Shown one piece after another: positions 28,895-37,289 of a DNA stretch of 64,000 nucleotides. The notes beneath the pieces are model-generated. The model made no database searches, was not told the DNA's origin, and was given only the letters and a program-made list of their open reading frames with translations. How positions within the stretch are numbered: position 1 is the stretch's first letter; each line of letters opens with the position of its first letter. Made by a program: the position numbers and the translations under genes. The DNA is from Parcubacteria group bacterium Gr01-1014_3. Its GTDB lineage: Bacteria; Patescibacteriota; Minisyncoccia; UBA6257; WO2-44-18. The stretch covers positions 252,203 to 316,202 of the forward strand of contig VMGF01000001.1 in assembly GCA_007376445.1 (NCBI GenBank). Direction: 5' to 3'.

Positions 28895-28902
28895 AAGCTT
28901 AC

Positions 28903-30351
28903 CTACACAAAGTATTTCTTTTTTATCTCTTCGTCAATTCGCCCCTGCGCTTCCTGGGCCGACTTTTTGGATTTCTCGGAAAGTGTTCTTAGATCTTTTT
29001 CAGAGAGTTTTCCGAGTTCAAGGGCGCGATCAAGGAGCTTCTCCTTATTATTCAGCTTCGGTTCATCCAAAATCTCCTCTAAAAGGATAGCTATAATGTA
29101 GCCGACTATCGGTCCTGGTTCGATCTTGAGCGCTTTCATAATGTCAGTACCATTCGCCGCGATCATCTTTGGCCCGATCGGATCCTTTTTAACTTTCTCG
29201 ATCATGGCCTGAAGGTATCGCAAGCGATATGGCTGGGCTTTAGGCACACCGGAGCCGATGCGATCCGCCTCACGGATCTTAATGAGATCATCCATATTAT
29301 CCTGACCAACCCGGCTGATCAGTCGGCGTACCCCCCTTAAAGTCACGCTTTCCGGATCATAGACGAACATGTGCTCCCGAATAAGCAAGGCTATTTTCTC
29401 TATCATGGCCTTCGGGTACTTAAGCCTATCCAGAAGCCTGAGCGCTATTTTCTCCCCAACTACCTGATGGCCATAAAAGGTAGAATCCAAACCATTCCCC
29501 TTCTTCGTTCGAGGCTTGCCTACGTCATGAAGAAGTGAAGCAATGCGGAGATCCAGCGGAAATTTTTTCTTGGCGGCATATTCCAACGATCGCCAGTTGT
29601 GTTCAAAGACGCTATATATATGATGCTTGTTCTGTCCGACACCGACGCCTTCTTCAATTTCCGGCAAGACGAATTTTAATAATCCGGTTTCCTGCATGGC
29701 CACAATTCCCTCCGCGGCTTTGTCGGCGATCAGCAATTTGGAAAGCTCGTCGCGAATTCTTTCCTTGGCGATGAACTCGATCAGGCCGGCGGATTTCTTG
29801 ATCGCGGCCAAAGTTTCTTTTTCGATTTCAAAATCTAGTTGCGCCGAGAAACGGACCGCGCGCATCAAGCGGAGCGCGTCTTCATTAAATCTTTCTGCTG
29901 GTTTTCCAACGGCCCGGATGATTTTTTTCTTAAGATCTTTTTCGCCGCCGAAAGGATCGACGATGCCCCGCTTTGGATTCCAGGCCATCGCGTTGACGGT
30001 GAAATCCCGGCGGGCCAGATCGTCTTCAATATTTTTCGCGAAGACTACTTCGTCCGGATGCCGCTTGTCGGTATACTTCCCTTCTTTGCGGAAAGTCGTG
30101 ACTTCGATAATCTTTAAATCCGGATCTTTTGAATCCGTTTTAACTCCAACGGTACCGAATTGATTTTCATAAACGCTATCCGGAAAAATTTTCTGTAATT
30201 CGGTTGGCGTGGCGCTGGTGGCTAGATCCCAGTCGTGTGGAGTCCGGCCAATCAGAAGATCGCGCAGGCATCCGCCCACGAGATAGGACTCATGCTTGTG
30301 TTCAGCCAGTTTTTTCGCCACCTCATTAACTTCCGAGGGAACTTTCAACAT
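28903..30351 (-). CDS. cca: CCA-adding tRNA nucleotidyltransferase with HD domain
   Basis: The N-terminal polymerase-beta fold carries GGCLRDLLIGRTPHDWDL, followed by an HD motif (HDVGKP) and a C-terminal tRNA-binding region. Confidence 0.8.
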   Translation of the reverse strand: MLKVPSEVNEVAKKLAEHKHESYLVGGCLRDLLIGRTPHDWDLATSATPTELQKIFPDSVYENQFGTVGVKTDSKDPDLKIIEVTTFRKEGKYTDKRHPDEVVFAKNIEDDLARRDFTVNAMAWNPKRGIVDPFGGEKDLKKKIIRAVGKPAERFNEDALRLMRAVRFSAQLDFEIEKETLAAIKKSAGLIEFIAKERIRDELSKLLIADKAAEGIVAMQETGLLKFVLPEIEEGVGVGQNKHHIYSVFEHNWRSLEYAAKKKFPLDLRIASLLHDVGKPRTKKGNGLDSTFYGHQVVGEKIALRLLDRLKYPKAMIEKIALLIREHMFVYDPESVTLRGVRRLISRVGQDNMDDLIKIREADRIGSGVPKAQPYRLRYLQAMIEKVKKDPIGPKMIAANGTDIMKALKIEPGPIVGYIIAILLEEILDEPKLNNKEKLLDRALELGKLSEKDLRTLSEKSKKSAQEAQGRIDEEIKKKYFV

Positions 30352-30417
30352 TACCTATAATATATATGTAATTGACCGCCTTGTTAAATAAGCTTCGCCA
30401 AGATATTCTGTTATCGC

Positions 30418-30494
30418 GCGCCCATAGCTCAATTGGATAGAGCATCTGCCTTCGAAGCAGAGGGTTCCAGGTTCGAGTCCTGGTGGGCGCACCA
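30418..30494 (+). tRNA. tRNA-Arg (anticodon TCG)
   Basis: Acceptor gcgccca/tgggcgc, D-arm gctc-aattggat-agagc, anticodon loop cuUCGaa, T-arm ccagg-ttcgagt-cctgg, and an encoded CCA. Confidence 0.85.
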
Positions 30495-30559
30495 AATTTG
30501 ACTTTTAAGCAAAATAGCGTAATATTTGGTCGTACCTTTAAAACTCTATAGGAGGATGT

Positions 30560-31456
30560 ATGAAAATCGGCGCAAAGATGCCCTTGTCTGATATGGCAGG
30601 CTACAAGTTAAAAGACGAACAGGATATGTACATTGCGTTCCCGATTATCTTCTTCGTTGTGGCGTCGGTGATTTTTATACCGATAACCTTCGGTGCTGGC
30701 GGATTTGCGCCAGGCATTGTCGTATCTTCGGCCACTGTCTTTATATGGATCTTTGCGTCTTCGTTTTTGTATTTGAAAAAGTATAAGCCAGAGAGGGCTA
30801 AAATTTTATCGAACAATGAAATTGATTTCGCTAAATCGTGCCAGTTGCGAGAAATTCTCAAAAAGTTCTCTACGCTTCGATCGGTCAGTTTGCCAGTAGT
30901 TGAAGGCGTGATTCCCGGCGAATGGAGGCCGTTTAGAGTTGAACATGCTCTGAGTAATTCGCTTCGCGCTGAAGTATCTCGGGAACATATTCGGGGTATT
31001 GCTACGCCAAATCTTTTTGATTCCAGCTCCGTGGTCTTTCTTAAGAAAGCGGATGCAGTGCTACGAGTCATTGTGCCAAGTTCTCGAGCCACGCAGGAGA
31101 TGCTCAAGCAGACCATCGGGGTTTGTTGTAAGGGAGTGTGGCGCGACTCCCATGTTGGGAATTTAATCTACAACTTTTCGGTAGAAGATGATGTACTACT
31201 TTACAACATCTCTCACCCGCAACTGATCGATTCGATTGATGCGTCCTGCGAGATGCCATTGGAAGCTCGGCCGACGGTCAAGGTTATCGGTGAGAAAATC
31301 CAGGATGGTGTGGTGATCGCGACTGCGCTTGAAGTTAATGGCCGGCAAGAAATTTTTCTGCCATCTGGCTTCTTCCAGAAATTGCTGGCGGAAGTCGCAC
31401 CGGTTCTTGGTATCGCTCAGCAACCTTCTCAGAAACATGTTGCCACGTTAACATAA
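30560..31456 (+). CDS. Hypothetical membrane protein (two N-terminal TM helices plus a soluble domain)
   Basis: Preceded by a TTGACT-16-TAATAT promoter and a taggagg RBS. No assignable motif. Confidence 0.5.
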   Translation: MKIGAKMPLSDMAGYKLKDEQDMYIAFPIIFFVVASVIFIPITFGAGGFAPGIVVSSATVFIWIFASSFLYLKKYKPERAKILSNNEIDFAKSCQLREILKKFSTLRSVSLPVVEGVIPGEWRPFRVEHALSNSLRAEVSREHIRGIATPNLFDSSSVVFLKKADAVLRVIVPSSRATQEMLKQTIGVCCKGVWRDSHVGNLIYNFSVEDDVLLYNISHPQLIDSIDASCEMPLEARPTVKVIGEKIQDGVVIATALEVNGRQEIFLPSGFFQKLLAEVAPVLGIAQQPSQKHVATLT

Positions 31457-31618
31457 CTAGTATTCATGCCCCAGAGATCAGTCTCCGGGGCTTTTTATTT
31501 ATCTGGCCAGAGGGTTGATGGCTATTGCCTTTTAAGCTCAAAATCAGTATTCTTTTATCAGGATTCCTTCACAAAACGAGTTATCCACAGGATATCCCGC
31601 CCAAGGGCGAGACAAGTC

Positions 31619-31691
31619 GCATCCATAGCTCAGTTGGTAGAGCAGCTCCCTCTTAAGGAGACGGTCCCAGGTTCGATCCCTGGTGGATGCA
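31619..31691 (+). tRNA. tRNA-Lys (anticodon CTT)
   Basis: Acceptor gcatcca/tggatgc, anticodon stem ctccc/ggaga with loop ucCTTaa, and T-arm cccag-gttcgat-ccctgg. CCA is not encoded. Confidence 0.8.
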
Positions 31692-31777
31692 CAAATTTTC
31701 TAGACAATCGTCCATCAACGACGGATTCTTGTAGAAAATTTGTGCCCCGCCATGGCGGGGCTCGGAACTAGCTCCTC

Positions 31778-31848
31778 GGGCGCTTAGCTTAATGGTAGAG
31801 CAGTCGCCTTACACGCGACTGGCAGGGGTTCGATTCCCTTAGCGCCCA
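31778..31848 (+). tRNA. tRNA-Val (anticodon TAC)
   Basis: Acceptor gggcgct/agcgccc, anticodon stem gtcgc/gcgac with loop cuTACac, and T-arm agggg-ttcgatt-ccctt. Confidence 0.8.
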
Positions 31849-31862
31849 CTAACAAAATATAA

Positions 31863-31890
31863 ATCCCCGCTTTCACGGGGATATTTTTTA
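31863..31890 (+). terminator. Rho-independent terminator after the tRNA-Lys/Val pair
   Basis: atccccg-ctttca-cggggat followed by TTTTTT. Confidence 0.6.
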
Positions 31891-32103
31891 ATCTACCATT
31901 TCTTTTTCTGCGAAGTACACTATGCGCATTATCACGATTTGGTCTTCGTTGGTATGAGCGGCGAGCACTTTGAAATTTTCTGGCTCAAGCTGATTCTTGA
32001 TCAGCCAATCGACCACCTTCTGTTCCACTAACGTATTATTTGGATCTCCCCTGCCACCTGTATAATAAAATACTCTGCAGAACCATCTTTTTTCACCCAT
32101 CAT
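31888..32103 (-). CDS. Small hypothetical protein (71 aa)
   Basis: ORF only; the coding call is weak. Confidence 0.25.
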   Translation of the reverse strand: MMGEKRWFCRVFYYTGGRGDPNNTLVEQKVVDWLIKNQLEPENFKVLAAHTNEDQIVIMRIVYFAEKEMVD

Positions 32104-32237
32104 TCATCCCCTTTCAATGTTCAGCTGAATAATAACAAATGTTAATTCAAAAATCAAACCACAAATTTTTGAACTGTAAATATTGTTTTCAGTTTCGATA
32201 AAAGTTATTCTGAATTCGGATTTTTGAAAGGTAAAAA

Positions 32238-32750
32238 ATGGATTCACATAAGTCGATCCAGGAATTTCTGCGCGAATTAAAATCGCGGCCGCCAAATAAC
32301 CGGAGCGACAACGAAAGATTATTTTTGCGGTACAACGAATTTATTCTTTCATCGATTGCCGATTATAAAAGATTGGCGAGTCAAGATTGCCGGATTGATT
32401 GGGATGATGTTTATCAGGATGCCGCGGTCGCGCTCTTAGAGATCGCGAAAGATCCGGACATACGTGGAAATTTCTCGACTTATGTTCAACGGGAAATAAT
32501 AAACTCAATCCGAAGATCGGTAGAAACAGAATCACAGTTCAAAGATTTTGTGAGCCGTCTAAGGTTGGAGCTCAGACTCTACCAGAAATGTGTCCAGGAG
32601 CTTCACGCGAAGCTTCGGCGAACACCGACGACTACCGAGATCGCCAAACAGCTTGGATTGCCGTCTTTACATATCGCCCACCTCAAGAGGCTATGTCAGG
32701 CTGCTCGCGACTACGAAATGATGGATTACTTGACAGAGTGGCCTAATTAA
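32238..32750 (+). CDS. Small sigma-70 family RNA polymerase sigma factor (regions 2 and 4 only)
   Basis: Region 2-like segment DVYQDAAVALLEIAKDPDIRGNFSTYVQREIINSIRR and a region 4 HTH (TTTEIAKQLGLPSLHIAHLKR). Confidence 0.6.
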   Translation: MDSHKSIQEFLRELKSRPPNNRSDNERLFLRYNEFILSSIADYKRLASQDCRIDWDDVYQDAAVALLEIAKDPDIRGNFSTYVQREIINSIRRSVETESQFKDFVSRLRLELRLYQKCVQELHAKLRRTPTTTEIAKQLGLPSLHIAHLKRLCQAARDYEMMDYLTEWPN

Positions 32751-32789
32751 GTTAATATACAAGAAGTACATTTAAGGAGCTGAGCGTGA

Positions 32790-32956
32790 ATCGCTTCAAC
32801 AGCACCATGTAATTTATTCCCAGGACGACGGCCATGGGAGGCTAAGGGCTCCAAACCCTCAGCCTCCCCGATCAAACTAAGCCCCTCATCAGGGCTGTCC
32901 GCGGGTAAACAAGCAGTATTTAGCCAGTAACGCCAGTTACTGGCTATTTTTTTTGT
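32790..32956 (+). ncRNA. Candidate structured RNA / 3'UTR element ending in an intrinsic terminator
   Basis: Nested GC helices: gggaggct(aagggctccaaaccct)cagcctccc at 32836..32868, agccc-ctcatca-gggct at 32880..32896, and terminator agccagtaac-gcc-agttactggct plus T8 at 32921..32955. Confidence 0.35.
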
Positions 32957-33010
32957 TTGACAGGCAATATTAGTGCGTGGGTTGTTTAACAGACCATTTA
33001 GCTTCAACTT

Positions 33011-33048
33011 ACCAAGTGTGAAACATTTTAAAATGTTTCACACTTGGT
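33011..33048. promoter_or_regulatory. 38-bp perfect palindrome ACCAAGTGTGAAACATTTT|AAAATGTTTCACACTTGGT (operator or homodimeric-endonuclease-site-like)
   Basis: Two 19-bp arms with no spacer. The GTGAAACA core recurs five more times around the LAGLIDADG gene. Confidence 0.5.
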
Positions 33049-33135
33049 AATAAAAATGTTTAGCGAAAAAAGTGTCAAACACCGTTCGGAATTTAAGCAC
33101 AAAACTAATGGTTCGTTTGTCGTGAAACAAATTGC

Positions 33136-33579
33136 CTAATCTCGAAGAGCGTTTCTATCCCACCACCCTGTCTTATAGAGTCTATGTAAAACTTTATATG
33201 TATCGGCAACCATTGGATCTGAGCCGATCTTTTCTAGCCAATCTACAAATTGCTTAGATTTATGACCCTTTAATTTCCCATAGAAAAAGGGGATTATGAT
33301 ATTTTTGAGATCCCCAAAATTACGCACCATTAAAGCAGCCCGTAATCCACGAATAGAGCCAACTACTTCTTGGGGTTTATGTATATAAACTCGAGACTTA
33401 AGGCCAAGATGATCTCTAACGGCCTCGATTAACTCTTTATCTCTAATATGCATAACTAGCGCAAAGGCCGGCATTTTCTCTTTTACTGGTAATCCATCTT
33501 TGGTTGTGCTCCGGGTGTGAAATGTAAAACAGCCCTCTCCATCTACTAACCCACGGATATATTCATTGCTTAGCTTCAT
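33136..33579 (-). CDS. LAGLIDADG homing endonuclease, single-motif (I-CreI-like, homodimeric type)
   Basis: Motif YIRGLVDGEGCF near the N-terminus in a 147-aa protein. The gene is free-standing rather than inside a recognisable intron or intein. Confidence 0.75.
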   Translation of the reverse strand: MKLSNEYIRGLVDGEGCFTFHTRSTTKDGLPVKEKMPAFALVMHIRDKELIEAVRDHLGLKSRVYIHKPQEVVGSIRGLRAALMVRNFGDLKNIIIPFFYGKLKGHKSKQFVDWLEKIGSDPMVADTYKVLHRLYKTGWWDRNALRD

Positions 33580-33683
33580 AATATTAATAATGTTTCACGT
33601 TTTACTTGATACCAAACAGAGAACATGTTTCACTGTATAACATATATTATACTAAATTCTTTGTAATACGTGAAACAATCCAA

Positions 33684-34049
33684 ATGAACAGTAAAGCGAA
33701 TACGGGTAATTTAGGGGAGGACCTAGCATGCAGGTATCTAATTAATAATGGGTATAAAATTTTAGATCGTAATTTCAGGAAACCATGTGGAGAAATAGAT
33801 ATCATCGCGAAGGATAACGACGCGACCATTGTATTCGTTGAGGTTAAGGCATTACGCAGGGCGAGCTCATTATCCCCAGAAGATAATATGAGTAGTTCGA
33901 AAATTGCCAAGATTAACCGAACAGCATCTCTCTGGGCGGGATCTAATGACGCATCAATTAATCAAGAAAAGGGATTCAGGGTTGATTTAGTTGCGGTAGA
34001 ATTGGCCAACTGGCAGGATCCGATTATTCGGCACTATAAGAATGTATAA
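33684..34049 (+). CDS. yraN: YraN/UPF0102 family endonuclease (PD-(D/E)XK)
   Basis: Motif GEDLACRYLINNGYKILDRNFRKPCGEIDIIAKD...VFVEVKA. The start is set at the internal Met MNSKANTG; the listed ORF starts at 33606. Confidence 0.65.
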   Translation: MNSKANTGNLGEDLACRYLINNGYKILDRNFRKPCGEIDIIAKDNDATIVFVEVKALRRASSLSPEDNMSSSKIAKINRTASLWAGSNDASINQEKGFRVDLVAVELANWQDPIIRHYKNV

Positions 34050-34099
34050 ATTGTGAGAGATTGTTTAACGCCAAACAATACGGCAATCCGGCAATGCGG

Positions 34100-34205
34100 C
34101 AAAAGAGGCAATTGCCGAATAGGTTGCCGCATTATTTGACAAAATAAGCTAACATGGCGTTTTGAAAGTTATCCACATTGCCGCATTTACATAATGCGGC
34201 AATTG
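34100..34205. promoter_or_regulatory. Array of TTGCCGCATT/AATGCGGCAA half-sites (two composite palindromic operators)
   Basis: O1 is AATGCGGCAA-aagag-GCAATTGCC-gaatagg-TTGCCGCATT. O2 is a perfect IR, ATTGCCGCATT-tacat-AATGCGGCAAT. Additional cggcaat direct repeats are present. Confidence 0.45.
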
Positions 34206-34214
34206 TATTTTAAT

Positions 34215-34335
34215 AAGGTTAGTCCCTTGATAAAACCTTAACGTGAGATTTAGGCATCCTGCCTAAGTCAAACATCTCATTTTCTCTATTCCGCCTTACT
34301 GAGGCGGACCAATATAGTAGCCGGGTCATACACCC
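34215..34335 (+). other. Cluster of four consecutive hairpins ending in an intrinsic terminator (possible sRNA or structured 3'UTR)
   Basis: Stems aaggtta/taacctt, ttaggca-tcc-tgcctaa, tccgcc-ttactga-ggcgga, and agccgggt-cataca-cccggct followed by a T-run. Confidence 0.35.
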
Positions 34336-34430
34336 GGCTATTTTAATTTAGATAAGACTTAAAGATATAAAAATTTAAATATTGAAATGGCAAAATTAGT
34401 GCTGGGGTAAATTGCGGTATAATAATCTCA

Positions 34431-35180
34431 ATGAAAAAAGAAGCATTTGCCGAGCGGGCGGCGGAGAAGCGGGATATAAATGAAGCGGCCGGTGAGCATC
34501 TGGAAAAGATGGCGGAGTTTTTGTCAGCGGAAAGCGAGCGGCTCCGGAGCGAGGGATTTCCAGTAGATGAAGATTGCCGGATCGATTTACGAGAATTTGA
34601 AGATCTATATTCAAAAGAAGTCTTAGAGCGCGATAAGGAAAAAGTTTCCAAGATCGAAGCTGGATTTGAAAACAGCCAATCGGAAAAGATCGCCGAGCTT
34701 CTTGAGGCTGTAAAAACCTTAGTATTTAATAAATTCTGGTTTGATGGACGATTGGTAGCGGTTCGAACTTCAAAATTCGATGACTATACGAACGGGGTTG
34801 ATCAGCTGATCTTAGACCGAGATACTTTCCAACCGCTCGCGGCGGTTGATACGACACTCGACTGGAAGAGTAAATTGCCAAAAATAATGGATAAGATTCA
34901 AAAAGGCAGCGTGGTGAAATATGGCGTGGGTCTTTCTAAGGACGGTGTTGAGAAAATGAGCTATACAGGGCTTCCGGTTTTTATTATTTCGCTGAACGGC
35001 GACGAGGTGCTGGAGTTGGCGCGGGGGATCGAGGCCGGAGAGTTAGGCGAGGAAGGTGAGCGGTTGGCTGGCGTGGTGGCGGAAGAGCTTTCCCGGCAGA
35101 GCCAACAGCTTTCTAGTCTGACTGGCGGAAAACTGCAGTCTTCTTATTCATCGGCCAACAAAATTTTCAAAGCTTTATAG
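34431..35180 (+). CDS. Hypothetical protein (249 aa)
   Basis: The ORF has TGcgGTATAAT placed about 8 nt upstream of the ATG, which may indicate a leaderless mRNA. No domain recognised. Confidence 0.45.
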   Translation: MKKEAFAERAAEKRDINEAAGEHLEKMAEFLSAESERLRSEGFPVDEDCRIDLREFEDLYSKEVLERDKEKVSKIEAGFENSQSEKIAELLEAVKTLVFNKFWFDGRLVAVRTSKFDDYTNGVDQLILDRDTFQPLAAVDTTLDWKSKLPKIMDKIQKGSVVKYGVGLSKDGVEKMSYTGLPVFIISLNGDEVLELARGIEAGELGEEGERLAGVVAEELSRQSQQLSSLTGGKLQSSYSSANKIFKAL

Positions 35181-35249
35181 TTTTGATTATATAATGTAGA
35201 TTAGTAGCGTACTTTCACAAGGTAAAAATCTACAAAAAGGAGATGGTCA

Positions 35250-35939
35250 TTGAACATCACTGCTCTTCTGATCATTGTGGCCGCCTTACTATTGTTGGCG
35301 CTAATAGGTGGATGTGTAGCTACCCAGCCAAAGCTTCAACCGATATCTGATTTAAAATCAGCGCACGGTGTGGTCTTGCGTGGTCCGTTTAATCACCAAG
35401 ATGTTTTTGAGCTAGATAGGAATTTGATGGCTTTCCCGCCTTCGGTCATAAAATCTATTTCTTCCGTATCTTTGGTGTATTACGATTATCTTGGACCAAA
35501 TGAGGCTGGTCACTGCCATCACACGCGGGATATTTGTATTCTTTCGGGACACCTCATTGCTATATGGCACGAGGCAGGGCATGCCTATCATTTCTATCTC
35601 AGGATGATCAAAAGTCCTTTTGATCGGGAGTGGAATGAATTGTCTAAGGGCCTTTATGATCCCAACCGTTATTCTGGCGATCCAACTTACCCGAAGGACG
35701 GAATTTTGAGCGGGTACGGCAGCCGGACTCAGATGGAAGATGTGGCTGTGTATGTAGAAATGATTTACCATCGACTCAGGATGCCGGCTACCGACGATAT
35801 GCCACTTTTCAGTCGGCCAGAATTCAAGAAGGATTTTCGGTTTCGGGCTAAAGTAAATTTGCTTCGCAAGTACGGGTTTATCGGCGAAGGGGACTATAAG
35901 ACATTCTGTAAACTGGTCCGGCTTGACTCCGAAGATTAA
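35250..35939 (+). CDS. Lipoprotein zinc metallopeptidase (HExxH)
   Basis: Lipobox LIGGC, an HEAGH motif, and a downstream acidic residue. Confidence 0.5.
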   Translation: MNITALLIIVAALLLLALIGGCVATQPKLQPISDLKSAHGVVLRGPFNHQDVFELDRNLMAFPPSVIKSISSVSLVYYDYLGPNEAGHCHHTRDICILSGHLIAIWHEAGHAYHFYLRMIKSPFDREWNELSKGLYDPNRYSGDPTYPKDGILSGYGSRTQMEDVAVYVEMIYHRLRMPATDDMPLFSRPEFKKDFRFRAKVNLLRKYGFIGEGDYKTFCKLVRLDSED

Positions 35940-36010
35940 ACAATATATAATGAATCTATTAAAAGGTCGCTCTCGGGCGGCCTTTAAAAATAATTAAAAC
36001 AACTAAATAT

Positions 36011-37225
36011 ATGATGGACTTAAAAACATTAAAGCGGGCGATCGAACAGATTGCCGAAGAAAAAGGGATCGACGCGGCGAAAATCATGGAAGCTATCGAG
36101 GCTTCGATTGCCGCTGCCTATAAAAAAGAATACGAAAAGAAAGGCGAAGTTATTAAAGCTAAATTTGATCTTAAAACCGGTCAGTTAAAATTCTGGCAGG
36201 TGAAAACCGTGGTGGATGACACCACCGTCCGGATCGTGGAGGAGACCGTTGCCGAAGAAGGAGCCGAGCTACGCTCTGAGCCAGCGCGGGAAGAAGTAGA
36301 AGAAGAGGGTCTTCTGCCTCGTTATAATCCTGATCGTCATATGTTTATGGATGAGGCCAAAAAAGAAAAGAAAGACGCCAAGGTTGGCGATGAATTGGAG
36401 TTTCCGCTGGAAACCCGGGAGGACTTCAGTCGCATTGCCGCTCAAACCGCCAAGCAGGTAATTCTTCAGCGTTTGCGCGAAGCGGAGCGTGATTCGATTG
36501 TGCGCGAATTCCAGAATCGCGAGGGCGAGATTGTCAGTGGCGTGGTTCAGCGCTTTGATCGCGGAAATATTTACATTGATCTAGGCCGGGCTACCGGAAT
36601 TTTATTCGGCAATGAAACTATTCCAGGCGAACACTATCGCCAGGGAGAGCGCCTGCGGTTTTTCGTGGTCGCGGTTCAGCCGGACGCGAAAGTTCCGGGA
36701 ATTATTTTGTCCCGCTCTCATCCGAAATTCGTAAACAAACTTTTTGCCCTGGAAGTTCCGGAAATCAATGATGGTGTCGTGGAAATTAAAGCGATCGCTC
36801 GTGAGCCGGGGAGCCGAACTAAGGTGGCTGTGATCTCCAACGCCGATGGCGTGGACCCGGTGGGTAGCATGGTTGGTCAGCGCGGAACTCGCGTCATGGC
36901 CGTCAGCAATGAACTTGGCCAGGAAAAGTTGGATATCATGGAATGGTCTGAAGATCCGGCGAAATTTATTTCTAATTCTTTGTCTCCGGCAAAAGTTACC
37001 AATGTGGAAATTTTACCGAAGCGTGAAGCCCGGGTTTATGTACCGGAAGACCAGTTGAGTCTGGCGATTGGCAAAGGCGGACAGAATGTGCGCTTGGCCG
37101 CCAAGCTGACTGGCTGGAAGATCGATGTACGATCCCAAGCCAAGCCGGAAGAAGTTCTGGCCGGCGGTGTCGCCGAATCTTTGGAGAAAGAGGGCGAGAC
37201 TAAGAAAGAAAAGAAAGACGAATAG
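36011..37225 (+). CDS. nusA: Transcription termination/antitermination factor NusA
   Basis: NusA N-terminal domain, an S1 domain ([21 protein letters not shown]) and two KH domains, plus an acidic insertion. Confidence 0.85.
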   Translation: MMDLKTLKRAIEQIAEEKGIDAAKIMEAIEASIAAAYKKEYEKKGEVIKAKFDLKTGQLKFWQVKTVVDDTTVRIVEETVAEEGAELRSEPAREEVEEEGLLPRYNPDRHMFMDEAKKEKKDAKVGDELEFPLETREDFSRIAAQTAKQVILQRLREAERDSIVREFQNREGEIVSGVVQRFDRGNIYIDLGRATGILFGNETIPGEHYRQGERLRFFVVAVQPDAKVPGIILSRSHPKFVNKLFALEVPEINDGVVEIKAIAREPGSRTKVAVISNADGVDPVGSMVGQRGTRVMAVSNELGQEKLDIMEWSEDPAKFISNSLSPAKVTNVEILPKREARVYVPEDQLSLAIGKGGQNVRLAAKLTGWKIDVRSQAKPEEVLAGGVAESLEKEGETKKEKKDE

Positions 37226-37289
37226 TTCGGCCACCGCCACGGCGGGGCAGGCGGGCTCACTATAAATAAAAATAAATTAAAATAACTCT

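Noticed and set aside
28820-29101. ORF 28820..29101 (+) and ORF 31466..31771 (+)
   Set aside because: They overlap tRNA-Pro and the tRNA-Lys/tRNA-Val genes respectively, and are translations of tRNA and terminator sequence.
32790-32956. SRP RNA, tmRNA, RNase P or 6S RNA identity for the GC-rich nested hairpin
   Set aside because: No GGAA/AGCAGC domain-IV motif, no tRNA-like end or tag ORF, and no P4 consensus. The size and shape are wrong for these RNAs.
33120-33143. GTGAAACA sites as ECF-sigma -35 elements (TGAAAC-N16-CGT)
   Set aside because: Spacing to any CGT is wrong (about 20 nt) and orientations are inconsistent. One site sits 5 nt before the yraN ATG, too close to be a promoter.
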